Shown here piece after piece: positions 1 through 9,604 of a DNA stretch of 64,000 nucleotides (positions are counted from its first letter, which is position 1; each line of letters begins with the position of its first letter). The notes beneath the pieces were generated by a model. It was not told the origin of the DNA. It made no database searches and was given only the letters and a program-made list of their open reading frames with translations. Origin of the DNA: Methanocaldococcus indicus. GTDB taxonomy: Archaea; AGJL01; Methanococci; Methanococcales; Methanocaldococcaceae. A program made the translations under genes and the position numbers. The stretch covers positions 64,001 through 128,000 of the forward strand of contig NZ_CP186926.1 of the NCBI RefSeq assembly GCF_049554935.1. The letters are read 5' to 3'.

Positions 1-40
1 CTAATTCATGCCAAGCTGCATAATCTACTAAATTTTGCAT
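1..40 (-). CDS. 5' end of a gene running off the window (MQNLVDYAAWHEL...), possibly a HExxH metallopeptidase-like protein
   Basis: ATG at 40-38 overlaps the TAA of the upstream gene (TAATG) and follows GGAGGTGGTGA. Only 13 codons are visible; VDY...HEL resembles the YgjP/DUF45 zincin motif. Confidence 0.35.
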   Translation of the reverse strand, partial: MQNLVDYAAWHEL

Positions 41-387
41 TATTCACCACCTCCAAATATTCTAATTAATAAAGTTTTATTATATCTTTTTCCAGAAATA
101 TATGTATGAATTAAACACACAATGCATAATCCTAAATATATAACTATCCAAAATGGTATAAATATAATTCCAATGATTGAGAATATCATTAATACTAATA
201 GTATTATAGTAAATAACCAAATGATTGTATATATTGAACCTGAAAGTATCTTTTCTAAATACCATAATCCAAATCCTGGGACTATAAAACTCAATATTAA
301 TGCTATTCCAATATTTTTTCTGCATTTTTGATAATAAAATAACTTGTCTCTATCATTTAATTTTTTAATTATACTATCTACATCCAT
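40..387 (-). CDS. TM2-domain-like small membrane protein
   Basis: KNIGIALILSFIVPGFGLWYL resembles the TM2 signature, followed by further hydrophobic helices; overlaps the upstream gene. Confidence 0.7.
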   Translation of the reverse strand: MDVDSIIKKLNDRDKLFYYQKCRKNIGIALILSFIVPGFGLWYLEKILSGSIYTIIWLFTIILLVLMIFSIIGIIFIPFWIVIYLGLCIVCLIHTYISGKRYNKTLLIRIFGGGE

Positions 388-1421
388 CTAAATCCCTCCA
401 ATTCCCTGTCTATTTCATCTCTTTTATTTTTTCTTGTATAGAATGTTGCTTTTACGTTGTCCCAATTAACAGTGTCTCTACTATCTTGCTTAATGTATCC
501 TTTGTCTAACAAGCTTTTAATCCCAATTTTTACATCATCCCTAATAATTATTTTATGTGATAAACCTCTAATTTTGTTAGTAATATCCCCTAAACTGACT
601 CTATGAGGACTTTCTCTTAAAATTTTTAGAATTTTTAGTTCTAAGTCACTTAATCTTTTATTTGAGTAAATCATCTCACCATTTTTGAATACTATTAACT
701 CTCCATCTTTGAATGATTTCCAGTCTTCGTCTGTTAGAGGATTTGTAGCTATAATAAATCCCCTTTCATTAGGATTCTTTACAGTTCCTAAATTTACCTC
801 ATAATCTAAATCTCTTAATCTAATTTTGTCATAAGGAAACACTCTTTTTAGGAAATGTAGTTCTCTCCTACCTTCTATATCTTTATAAGCAAATAAATAC
901 TCTCCATCAGACATTAAAAAGTTGAATGGACCAAATTCATTAATTTTATAAATGATATCTAAAAGTTTTTTAAAACCTTCATAGTTCCATTCTAAACCAT
1001 TCTTTTCAATTTCTTGTATTAGATAGCAAAATACATACTCTGAATCAGTATCTCCAACTGGATAGTATTTTTTAAGTTTTAACTTTTTATATCCTCTTAA
1101 AGTTCCATTATGTGCAAAAACTATTTCCTTATCTCCTAAAAGTCTTACAAATGGATGAGTATTTACATAGCTACAAGTTCCTAATGATGCTCTTCTTATA
1201 TGTAGAATAAATATATTTGATTTTATGTTGTTCCAATCAATTCTATGGGCTAACAATGCACTTCCCATTTTTACTGGTTCTTTTATTAATCTAACAAATC
1301 CATTATGATAGAAAGCTATTCCCCAACCATTTGGATGAAAATCACTTCTATATTTAAAAATATTAAAAGATAGAGAGATATTTACTTTCATATTGAAACT
1401 AATTCCTAATAATTCACACAT
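378..1421 (-). CDS. Class II (Ntn) glutamine amidotransferase, YafJ/EgtC/DUG3-like, with a C-terminal winged-helix-like extension
   Basis: N-terminal Met-Cys nucleophile; HPNGWG, HIRRAS, NTHPF, HNGTL and TDSE motifs; about 85 extra C-terminal residues (LSDLELKILKIL...IKSLLDKGYIKQ). Confidence 0.88.
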   Translation of the reverse strand: MCELLGISFNMKVNISLSFNIFKYRSDFHPNGWGIAFYHNGFVRLIKEPVKMGSALLAHRIDWNNIKSNIFILHIRRASLGTCSYVNTHPFVRLLGDKEIVFAHNGTLRGYKKLKLKKYYPVGDTDSEYVFCYLIQEIEKNGLEWNYEGFKKLLDIIYKINEFGPFNFLMSDGEYLFAYKDIEGRRELHFLKRVFPYDKIRLRDLDYEVNLGTVKNPNERGFIIATNPLTDEDWKSFKDGELIVFKNGEMIYSNKRLSDLELKILKILRESPHRVSLGDITNKIRGLSHKIIIRDDVKIGIKSLLDKGYIKQDSRDTVNWDNVKATFYTRKNKRDEIDRELEGFRWM

Positions 1422-1788
1422 TTCTATCCCTCAAATATTCTATATAATCTCCAGATTTTACTAAGACACCATAAGGCTCTGGATAGAAATATAACCATGC
1501 CTCTACCTCTTCTCCATTATCTAATACTATCTTAACTTTTTTTCTTTTATAGAAAGTTGGATGTCCTTCTAACATATCAATTCTTCTAAGAGTTTCCTCA
1601 TCTACATCATAAACCTCCCCAACTATGTGAGAAATTTTCTCATCTTCAACAACATAAGGAATTAAATCTGCATACATTGCATATTTCTCCTTAGTTTTTC
1701 CCTTTCCAACAAATTTAGAATTTTTTAAATATTTTTTATTGTTCCAGCACTCACTCCTTAATGTTCCATATACAAATATTAGAGTCAT
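1414..1788 (-). CDS. Gamma-glutamylcyclotransferase (AIG2/YtfP-like)
   Basis: IFVYGTLR, IVGEVY, IDMLEG and YKR...EAWLYFY motifs. Confidence 0.92.
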   Translation of the reverse strand: MTLIFVYGTLRSECWNNKKYLKNSKFVGKGKTKEKYAMYADLIPYVVEDEKISHIVGEVYDVDEETLRRIDMLEGHPTFYKRKKVKIVLDNGEEVEAWLYFYPEPYGVLVKSGDYIEYLRDRNV

Positions 1789-1929
1789 TTTATCAACTCA
1801 TAAGGGAGTTTTATTATCTCACCAATTAAGTTTTCTAAATAATCATATGATATAAGATTTAAATAAAACTTTTTAACTTACTAAGCTTAATGTCCTTAAT
1901 ATTTTTAATATTCAATTTAGAGTGATAAT

Positions 1930-2859
1930 ATGGAGAAAATTAGAGGAGGTATCCACATAGCTGTTCAAGGTTATGAAGTGGATAGAATAACAGAAGTTCC
2001 AATAAAATGCAAAGCAGAAAAGGTTTATTTAATTTGTATGCCAGAAGATAAAGATTCAGAGAGAGGAAAATCATTTAAAAATATAATAACAAAAAGGTTT
2101 GAAGAAAACAATATTGAATATGAAATAGAAAATGCATATCTATTTGATTTAGAAGAAATTGCTAAAAAAATTAAAGAAATAATTAAAAAAGAAAGAGAAA
2201 ATTATCCTGATGCAAAGTTCTATATTAATTTATCTTCTGGCTCCTCAATTGGCTGTGTTGCTGGAACTATTTGCTCTATGATATTAAATAAAAAAGATTC
2301 TAAAATTATTCCTTATTATGTATCTCCTAAAAAAATTCTTGAAAATCTTACAGATGAAGAAATTAAATTATTAAAAAAAGAATATGGAGAATATTTACCA
2401 AGAACTTTTGGAGTTAAAGATGTTAAGCTTATATATCCTTTTGAAATTAAACTTCCAAGAGAGGAACTTCTAATAATTTTAAAGTATCTAAAAAGAGCTA
2501 AAAGAGGATTAACAATAAAAGAATTAAGTTTTTTAACAAGAGATGAAATTTTAGAGGAGTTAAGTGATGAAACAATTAAAAAACTCTTAAGAAAAGATAA
2601 AATTTCTCAACATACCATAAAAAAATATTATAATAAAATTAAGGAACTTAAAGAGATTATAGATGATGATGTAAAGAAAATTATTGAATGGAGGAGACAT
2701 AGTAGAGAGAGTTTTTCAGAACATAGTGATTTAGTTTGGATTAACAAAAATGTTGTTGAGAAACTTTTAGAGTGGGAGTTAATAGAGGTAGAAAAAATTG
2801 GTAGAAATAAATATGTAAAAATATCTGATAAAGGTAAGATGCTCCTAAACTATATATAA
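1930..2859 (+). CDS. DUF6293-like protein: CARF-like Rossmann N-domain plus C-terminal winged HTH (putative regulator)
   Basis: IHIAVQGYEVDRI...AEKVYLI and FYINLSSGS (CARF-like motif, lacking the usual K/R); C-terminal EKLLEWELIEVEKIGRNKYVKISDKG wHTH wing. Confidence 0.7.
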   Translation: MEKIRGGIHIAVQGYEVDRITEVPIKCKAEKVYLICMPEDKDSERGKSFKNIITKRFEENNIEYEIENAYLFDLEEIAKKIKEIIKKERENYPDAKFYINLSSGSSIGCVAGTICSMILNKKDSKIIPYYVSPKKILENLTDEEIKLLKKEYGEYLPRTFGVKDVKLIYPFEIKLPREELLIILKYLKRAKRGLTIKELSFLTRDEILEELSDETIKKLLRKDKISQHTIKKYYNKIKELKEIIDDDVKKIIEWRRHSRESFSEHSDLVWINKNVVEKLLEWELIEVEKIGRNKYVKISDKGKMLLNYI

Positions 2860-2892
2860 TCCATTAGCTCCAAATAATTTAATTGTGGGAAT

Positions 2893-4056
2893 ATGAGGAT
2901 TGCTATTGTAACCTGGGAATATCCTCCTAAAGTTGTTGGAGGGTTAGCTATACATTGTAAGGGTTTAGCTGAAGGTTTAGTTAAGTTAGGTCATGAAGTA
3001 GATATTATTACTACTGACTACAACCTTCCAGAATATGAAAATATTAATGGTGTTAATGTATATAGAGTTAGACCAATTACTCACTCACACTTTTTAACTT
3101 GGGCTATTTTAATGGCTGAAGAAATGGAAAAGAAATTAGGTATTTTAGGTTTAGATTATGATGTTATTCACTGTCATGATTGGATGACACATTTTGTGGG
3201 AGCTAATATAAAACATCTCTGCAAAATGCCTTATGTGCAATCAATACATAGCACAGAAATAGGTAGATGTGGAGGTTTATATTCAGAGGACTCAAAGACA
3301 ATCCATACAATTGAATATTTATCTACATATGAATCTTGTCAAGTTATAACAGTAAGTAAAGCTCTAAAAGATGAAGTTTGCTCTATTTTTAATACACCTG
3401 AAGATAAAGTAAAAGTTATTTATAATGGGATAAATCCAGAGAAGTATGATATTTTTTTACCTGATGAGGAGAAATGGAGAATAAAAGAAAGCTTAGGAAT
3501 AATCTATGAAAAAGTTATACTTTATGTTGGTAGATTAACTTATCAAAAGGGAGTAGAGTATTTAATAAGAGCTTTACCAAAAATTTTAGAGAAACATAAT
3601 GTTAAATTAGTTATAGCTGGACATGGGGATATGAGAGGTTACTTAGAAGATTTAGCTAATAAATTAGGAGTTAGAGATAAAGTAATATTTTTAGGTTTTG
3701 TAAATGAAGATTTTTTAATAAAGTTATATAAAATTGCTGATGTTGTAGTTATTCCATCTGTCTATGAGCCATTTGGTATAGTTGCATTGGAAGCTATGGC
3801 TGCTTCTGTCCCTGTTGTAGTGAGTTCAGTTGGTGGTTTAAGGGAGATAGTTAAGCATGAATACAATGGAATTTGGGTATATCCAAAAAATCCTGATTCT
3901 ATTGCATGGGGAGTGGATAGAGTTCTATCTGATGAAGCACTTAGAAAGTATATTGTTGAAAATGCCAAGAAAGATGTATATACTAAATACAGCTGGGAAT
4001 GTATAGCAAGAGAGACCGTTAATGTTTATAAAATAGCTATTGATATGATGAAATAG
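2893..4056 (+). CDS. Glycosyltransferase family 4 (GT-B)
   Basis: WEYPPKVVGGL, HCHDW, YVGRLTYQKG, PSVYEPFGIVALEAMA. Confidence 0.93.
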   Translation: MRIAIVTWEYPPKVVGGLAIHCKGLAEGLVKLGHEVDIITTDYNLPEYENINGVNVYRVRPITHSHFLTWAILMAEEMEKKLGILGLDYDVIHCHDWMTHFVGANIKHLCKMPYVQSIHSTEIGRCGGLYSEDSKTIHTIEYLSTYESCQVITVSKALKDEVCSIFNTPEDKVKVIYNGINPEKYDIFLPDEEKWRIKESLGIIYEKVILYVGRLTYQKGVEYLIRALPKILEKHNVKLVIAGHGDMRGYLEDLANKLGVRDKVIFLGFVNEDFLIKLYKIADVVVIPSVYEPFGIVALEAMAASVPVVVSSVGGLREIVKHEYNGIWVYPKNPDSIAWGVDRVLSDEALRKYIVENAKKDVYTKYSWECIARETVNVYKIAIDMMK

Positions 4057-4158
4057 TTTATAAAGAATTTTTATAATTTTTATTAAAAATATTATTAAGT
4101 AAATTATTATAGAAGATATAAAATAATTTAACATTTAATAGAATCTATTTATGGGGGA

Positions 4159-4749
4159 TTGATTATGGTTTTAACAAATAAAGACATGAGTGTAGATTTT
4201 ATAAATGAAATTATAGAAACTGGAAAAGAGATTTTAGATGAGCATCATGTTGCCTCTTTTAAAGCATGTTATCAGTGTGGAACTTGCACAGGAGCATGTC
4301 CAAGTGGTAGAGTAACAAGTTATAGAACAAGAAGATTGATGAGATTTGCTCAATGTGGAATGAGAAAATTTGTTATTGATTCTGATGATTTATGGTTATG
4401 CACTACTTGTTATGAATGTTATGAAAAATGTCCAAGAGAAGTAAAGATAACAGATATCATAAAAGTTATGAGAAACATTGCTGCAAGAGAAGGAAAAATG
4501 GCATTAGCCCATAGAAAAACAGCTCTTTATGTATTTAAAACTGGACATGCAGTTCCAATAAATGACCAAATAAGAGAAGTAAGAAAAAAATTAGGTTTAA
4601 GTGAGATTCCTCCAACAACACATAAGTATCCAGATGTTTTAAAGATTATGCAAGAAATTATGAGAGATTTAGGATTTTGTGATATGGTTGGTATATGTTA
4701 TGAAACAGGTAAGTTAGAAGAACCAAAATGGAAAGATATGTCAGAATAA
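4159..4749 (+). CDS. hdrC: CoB-CoM heterodisulfide reductase subunit C
   Basis: [12 protein letters not shown] and [12 protein letters not shown] clusters; directly upstream of hdrB. Confidence 0.95.
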   Translation: MIMVLTNKDMSVDFINEIIETGKEILDEHHVASFKACYQCGTCTGACPSGRVTSYRTRRLMRFAQCGMRKFVIDSDDLWLCTTCYECYEKCPREVKITDIIKVMRNIAAREGKMALAHRKTALYVFKTGHAVPINDQIREVRKKLGLSEIPPTTHKYPDVLKIMQEIMRDLGFCDMVGICYETGKLEEPKWKDMSE

Positions 4750-4772
4750 AAAATTTTTAAGGTGAGATAGTT

Positions 4773-5660
4773 ATGGAATTCTTATTTTTCTTAGGATGTA
4801 TTGCACCAAATAGATATCCAGGAATTGAGAAAGCTACTTATGTTGCTATGGAAAAGTTAGGCATAAAACTTCATCCATTTGAAAAGGCTTCATGTTGTCC
4901 AGCTCCTGGAGTTTTTGGTAGTTTTGATTTAAAGACATGGTTGGTTTTAGCTGCAAGAAATCTCTGTGTAGCTGAAGAAAAAGAGATGGATATTTTAACA
5001 ATATGTAATGGATGTTATGGTTCTTTATTTGAAGCGGACCACATATTAAAAGAAAATGAAAGAGCAAGAGAGTTTGTTAATAGTGTATTATCAAAATATG
5101 GTATGGAATATAAAGGAACTATAAGAGTTAGACATCTTCCAGAAGTTCTATACTTTGATTTAGGTCCTGACTATATTAGAGAAAAAGTTGTTAGACCTCT
5201 AAATTTGAGAGTTGCTGTTCATTATGGATGTCACTATCTAAAACCAACTGATGTAAAACACTTAGAAAGCTCTGAAAGACCTAAATCCTTTGATGCTTTA
5301 GTAGAGGCATTAGGAGCAGAGTCAATAAACTACAAAGATAAAAATATGTGCTGTGGAGCTGGAGGGGGTGTTAGAGCAAGATTTTTAGATGTTGCTTTAA
5401 AAATGACTGAGAAAAAATTAATAGCTATGAAAGAAGCAAAAGCAGACTGTGTAACTGAGGTATGTCCATTCTGCCACTTGCAATTTGATAGAGGACAAAT
5501 AGAAATAAAAGAGAAGTTTGGTAGAGAGTACAATCTTCCAGTTATACACTACTCTCAATTGTTAGGTTTAGCTATGGGAATGAAACCAAAAGATGTAGCT
5601 ATGGACTTACACTTTATATCTTGTGACCCTGTTTTAGAAAAATTAGGTTTATTAGAATAA
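4773..5660 (+). CDS. hdrB: CoB-CoM heterodisulfide reductase subunit B
   Basis: Two CCG domains ([15 protein letters not shown]), [14 protein letters not shown]. Confidence 0.96.
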   Translation: MEFLFFLGCIAPNRYPGIEKATYVAMEKLGIKLHPFEKASCCPAPGVFGSFDLKTWLVLAARNLCVAEEKEMDILTICNGCYGSLFEADHILKENERAREFVNSVLSKYGMEYKGTIRVRHLPEVLYFDLGPDYIREKVVRPLNLRVAVHYGCHYLKPTDVKHLESSERPKSFDALVEALGAESINYKDKNMCCGAGGGVRARFLDVALKMTEKKLIAMKEAKADCVTEVCPFCHLQFDRGQIEIKEKFGREYNLPVIHYSQLLGLAMGMKPKDVAMDLHFISCDPVLEKLGLLE

Positions 5661-5667
5661 AATTTTT

Positions 5668-6666
5668 TTAATTATTTAGATATTTTTTTAATTTTTCTAA
5701 TTGTTCTCTACTACCAAAGGCATATATAACATCCCCATAGTTAATAACTACCTCAGGAGGAGGACTTGTTATCATCTGATTTCCTTTTTTAATGGCTAAA
5801 ATTGTAGCACCTGTAAGTTCTCTAATTTTAGAATCTTTTAATTTTATACCATCTAACTTGTGATTTTTTACTACAAACCTTCTAATTTCCATATCTTCCT
5901 CTTCATTTGCTATTAGAGAATGAACAAATTCAACAATATCTGGATTTATTGCAATCTTAGCAATTTCCATACCTCCAACTACATAAGGACATATTGCTCT
6001 ATCTGCCCCTGCTTTTATTAGCTTATCTAATGTAGATGGTTTATCTGCTTTGGCAACTACATAGATATTAGGATTTAGTTTTTTAGCTGAGAGAGTAATA
6101 AACACATTTTCAGCATCTGTTGAGACAACAGATATTAATCCTTTGGCTCTCTCAATTCCAGCTTTTAGTAGTATGTCATCAGAAGTGGCATCTCCAACAA
6201 TACAAACTAAATCAGGATTTTTTTCAATAGCTTCATTAATTATATTTTCATTATTATCTACAATTATAAAAGGAATATTATTCTTTTTTAGTTTATCTGC
6301 AACTATTCTCCCTAATCTTCCATAACCACATAGTATATAGTGGTCTTTCATTTTTTTTATTTTATCTTCCATTTTTTTCATCCTATAATACTTTTTAAAA
6401 TGTCCTTCTATAAAAAAAGAGGCAATATTACCCATTGTATATGCAACAGTCCCAACTCCTAAGAATATATAAACAATTATAGACAGCTTTCCAAGAAATG
6501 TTTTAGGAGTATAATCTCCATATCCAACAGTAGATATAGTAACAACTGCTGTATAAAAAGATGTAAAAATATCCCATCCCTCAGTTATTGAAAGTACAAA
6601 AGTTTCAATTATTATTAATCCTATTAAGACCAATATTCCTAATTTTATCCTTTCAAGTGTTTCCAT
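5668..6666 (-). CDS. Potassium channel with RCK/TrkA domains
   Basis: TVGYGD selectivity filter, GYGRLG Rossmann motif, TrkA-C tail. Confidence 0.95.
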   Translation of the reverse strand: METLERIKLGILVLIGLIIIETFVLSITEGWDIFTSFYTAVVTISTVGYGDYTPKTFLGKLSIIVYIFLGVGTVAYTMGNIASFFIEGHFKKYYRMKKMEDKIKKMKDHYILCGYGRLGRIVADKLKKNNIPFIIVDNNENIINEAIEKNPDLVCIVGDATSDDILLKAGIERAKGLISVVSTDAENVFITLSAKKLNPNIYVVAKADKPSTLDKLIKAGADRAICPYVVGGMEIAKIAINPDIVEFVHSLIANEEEDMEIRRFVVKNHKLDGIKLKDSKIRELTGATILAIKKGNQMITSPPPEVVINYGDVIYAFGSREQLEKLKKYLNN

Positions 6667-7269
6667 CTATTCACTACTACAACATTTTTTGCAAGGTTTA
6701 TATCCAAGCTCCTTAGCATCTTCCTCTGAATAAAAGTAAATCTTATTTTTTATTCTTTTCCCATAAGGACAATTTATATCAACATGATAAGTTTTTCCAT
6801 ATTTTGATGCATATATATTAGTTGGATAAGGAGATAAATAAATATCTCTTTTAAAGTTATTTTTTTGAATTAACATAAAATTATTGATGTCATCTAAAAT
6901 AATCTCATATTTACCATTATACTCAGATACTTTTCCAACAACTTTAATTTTATCTCCTTCTTTTATAGATGGTGTATAATTTAAAATGTAATTTAATAAA
7001 TCTTTCCTAACATTACCAAAAACTATAATATCTAAATTTCCTGAACCATCATTAATAGTAATTTTGTATATATCAATGATATGTCTATAATCATCTCTTT
7101 TTACATACATTTTTTGAATATAGCCCTCTAAAACTACATAATCCCCTTTCTCTACTTCAGAAATTTTTTTGTATTCTGGTTTTATAGGATTCAAAAATAG
7201 GTAAGTAATAGAAACAATAGAAAGAATAGTTAGAGATAAAAGAATTATATTCTTATTGTTCAGATTCAT
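6667..7269 (-). CDS. Membrane-anchored OB-fold protein with C-terminal Ada-like Zn-binding domain
   Basis: N-terminal TM helix; OB fold (ITINDGSG...IKVVGKVSEYNGKYEI); YH...CP...EEDAKELGYKPCKKC. Confidence 0.75.
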   Translation of the reverse strand: MNLNNKNIILLSLTILSIVSITYLFLNPIKPEYKKISEVEKGDYVVLEGYIQKMYVKRDDYRHIIDIYKITINDGSGNLDIIVFGNVRKDLLNYILNYTPSIKEGDKIKVVGKVSEYNGKYEIILDDINNFMLIQKNNFKRDIYLSPYPTNIYASKYGKTYHVDINCPYGKRIKNKIYFYSEEDAKELGYKPCKKCCSSE

Positions 7270-7816
7270 TAAACAACTCCTTTTTTAGTGGTTTTAAATG
7301 TTCTTCTAAGGTTTTTATAATTTTGTCTATTTCATTATAGATAGCTTCTTTATCAACATTTTCTCCTGAGACATATTTATTTAAATCTTTTATATATTTT
7401 GTCCTTGCAATAATATAGTTCAAATCATGGTCAATAACAACATTACCAAATAATGGAATTTTAAACATATTTTTAAAATCTGTTTGATACATTCTTATTA
7501 TATCTTCTGGCTCAACAATCTCATTTCTTAAAATAGCCTCAAACTCTAAAACTGTTTGAGAACCAAGGAGCTTAGAAGCTAATCCTTCCACTTTTCTTGA
7601 TACTGTTATTTTTAATTTGTAAAATACAGGATTATCCTTAAATTTAAATGTTAAAGAATGGTTATTTTGAGAATCTGACAAAATTTCAATTAAATAAGCA
7701 TTATTCTTATACATATAATTAATTAGAACTCCAATAAATATTTCATCAACTGCTTCATTAAGCTCTCTTTTGTGAGATAACTCTGATAAAAACTTAAACA
7801 TTTGATAATCACCCAA
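7253..7816 (-). CDS. Hypothetical protein, paralog of the adjacent 7809-8330 gene
   Basis: 187-aa ORF overlapping both neighbours; shares DEIFxG, SD-x-N-x-H and D(L/I)NKY motifs with the next gene. Confidence 0.75.
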   Translation of the reverse strand: MGDYQMFKFLSELSHKRELNEAVDEIFIGVLINYMYKNNAYLIEILSDSQNNHSLTFKFKDNPVFYKLKITVSRKVEGLASKLLGSQTVLEFEAILRNEIVEPEDIIRMYQTDFKNMFKIPLFGNVVIDHDLNYIIARTKYIKDLNKYVSGENVDKEAIYNEIDKIIKTLEEHLKPLKKELFNESEQ

Positions 7817-8330
7817 TAGTTAAGTAGGTTTTTAAAGCTGAGATTATTGAAGAAATATCTTTCTCTAACTGTTCATAGTTTATATCTAATGTCTCAAAGT
7901 CAATATATTTATTTATATCTAAATATAAAATTGTTGAGACATATAGATAATAATTTTCATATTCATAAGAAATAGTTCCAATATCTTCCAAACCTTTTGA
8001 AAGAGAGAGTTTTTTCATTCTACTAAAAATATCAGATAGTCCTTTAACTGGGATTCCATAAAAGAATTTTATTAAAGCTCTACATCCAACTGTCTTAGCT
8101 TCAACAACAGAGTGATTTTTTGTATAGATTGAGACTCCAAATTTTTCTCTGTCCTTTTCTAAGATAAATAAATGACTATTGGTATCTGAATAGATATTTA
8201 AAAGGATATATCCTTTATCTACTAATGTAGTAACTATTGCTCCAAAAAATATCTCATCCAAATAATTTGCTTTTTCTTCTTCTTCAACTAATTTATGGCT
8301 TTCTCTAACTAATTCTAAAAAATCTTTCAT
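7809..8330 (-). CDS. Hypothetical protein, paralog of 7253-7816
   Basis: 173-aa ORF with GGTGA RBS; motifs shared with the downstream gene. Confidence 0.75.
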   Translation of the reverse strand: MKDFLELVRESHKLVEEEEKANYLDEIFFGAIVTTLVDKGYILLNIYSDTNSHLFILEKDREKFGVSIYTKNHSVVEAKTVGCRALIKFFYGIPVKGLSDIFSRMKKLSLSKGLEDIGTISYEYENYYLYVSTILYLDINKYIDFETLDINYEQLEKDISSIISALKTYLTIG

Positions 8331-8336
8331 AAATTT

Positions 8337-8807
8337 TCACCTAACTTCATGAAACTCCACTTTATAAATCCCATTAATCTCTAATTTAATATATGGATAA
8401 GTTATAACAGTTATTGCAAAATCTTTTGGAGGAACAACCCTATAATAAACATTAGCAGTATTATTGATTAAAGTTATATTTAGAACTTTGATTTTATAAC
8501 CCCCAGATGGTTTTTCCCCAAGATTTATAACAATAATAGTTTTATTATCTTTATAATAGTAGTAGTTTCTCTTTTCTTTTTCTCCCCAATATCCAAAAGA
8601 TAGAATTTTATAAGATAGATTCTTTACTATATTCTTCTTGCTTATTATGTCATTTTTTATTGTATTATTTATGGTTATGGTTGTATTTTTATTTATATCT
8701 TTGTTATTGTAGTTATAGATAATACTATTGTTATTTTTCTCAATAGTAGTGTTATTTACACATCCTGTCAATAATAAAAAAATTAATAATACAATTAAAT
8801 ACTTCAT
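8337..8807 (-). CDS. Lipoprotein with PrcB C-terminal domain
   Basis: Lipobox LTGC, Asn/Thr-rich linker, LGEKPSGGYKI and VITYPY motifs. Confidence 0.82.
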   Translation of the reverse strand: MKYLIVLLIFLLLTGCVNNTTIEKNNNSIIYNYNNKDINKNTTITINNTIKNDIISKKNIVKNLSYKILSFGYWGEKEKRNYYYYKDNKTIIVINLGEKPSGGYKIKVLNITLINNTANVYYRVVPPKDFAITVITYPYIKLEINGIYKVEFHEVR

Positions 8808-9604
8808 TTACCAAACCTTCTCTGTCTTCTTTGATAGTCTCTAATAGCTCTCAAAAAATCAATTTTTCTAAAAAATGGCCAATATACATCACAAAAATAT
8901 AGTTCTGAGTAGGAGCTCTGCCAAATTAAAAAATTGCTAATTCTTTCTTCTCCTGATGTTCTAATTATTAAATCTGGCTCAGGATGAGGTAAGTGAGAAG
9001 TATAAAGATGGTCATCAATTGTCTCCTTATCAATATCCTCTGGATTTAGTTCTCCTTTTTTAACTTTTTCAGCTATTTTCCTTACAGCATCTACAATTTC
9101 CTGTTGGCCTCCATAAGCAATTGCAATATTTACATAAAAATTGTTATAATTTTTAGTTCTCTCCTCTGCATATTTTATAGCTTCTTGCACATCCTTTGGC
9201 AGGAGATGAATTCTACCTATTGCCTTAACTCTAACTTTGTATTTGTGGATATCTTTATCATCAGCTATCTCATAAAATTTTTCTTTAAATAGTTTCATCA
9301 ATACATCAATCTCTTCCTTAGGTCTATTAAAATTTTCTAAGGAGAAGGAGTAAAGAGTTACTACTTTGATACCCAAATCTCTTGTCCATCTTAAAACTTC
9401 TTTGGCTTTTTCTGCTCCTAAATAATGTCCTTCATAGCTTTTTTTACCCAACATCTTAGCTGTTCTTCTATTTCCATCCATAATAATGGCTATATGTTTT
9501 GGTAAATTATTTTTGTCTATTTCTAACTCCAATTTTTTTTCATAAATTTTTAAAATTCCTAATTTTTTAATCTTATTGTATAAATTCAACATTATATTTT
9601 TCAT
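8804..9604 (-). CDS. uppS: cis-Prenyltransferase (polyprenyl diphosphate synthase)
   Basis: HIAIIMDGNRR, FSLENFNRP, IRTSGEERISNFLIWQ, RRFGK. Confidence 0.96.
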   Translation of the reverse strand: MKNIMLNLYNKIKKLGILKIYEKKLELEIDKNNLPKHIAIIMDGNRRTAKMLGKKSYEGHYLGAEKAKEVLRWTRDLGIKVVTLYSFSLENFNRPKEEIDVLMKLFKEKFYEIADDKDIHKYKVRVKAIGRIHLLPKDVQEAIKYAEERTKNYNNFYVNIAIAYGGQQEIVDAVRKIAEKVKKGELNPEDIDKETIDDHLYTSHLPHPEPDLIIRTSGEERISNFLIWQSSYSELYFCDVYWPFFRKIDFLRAIRDYQRRQRRFGK

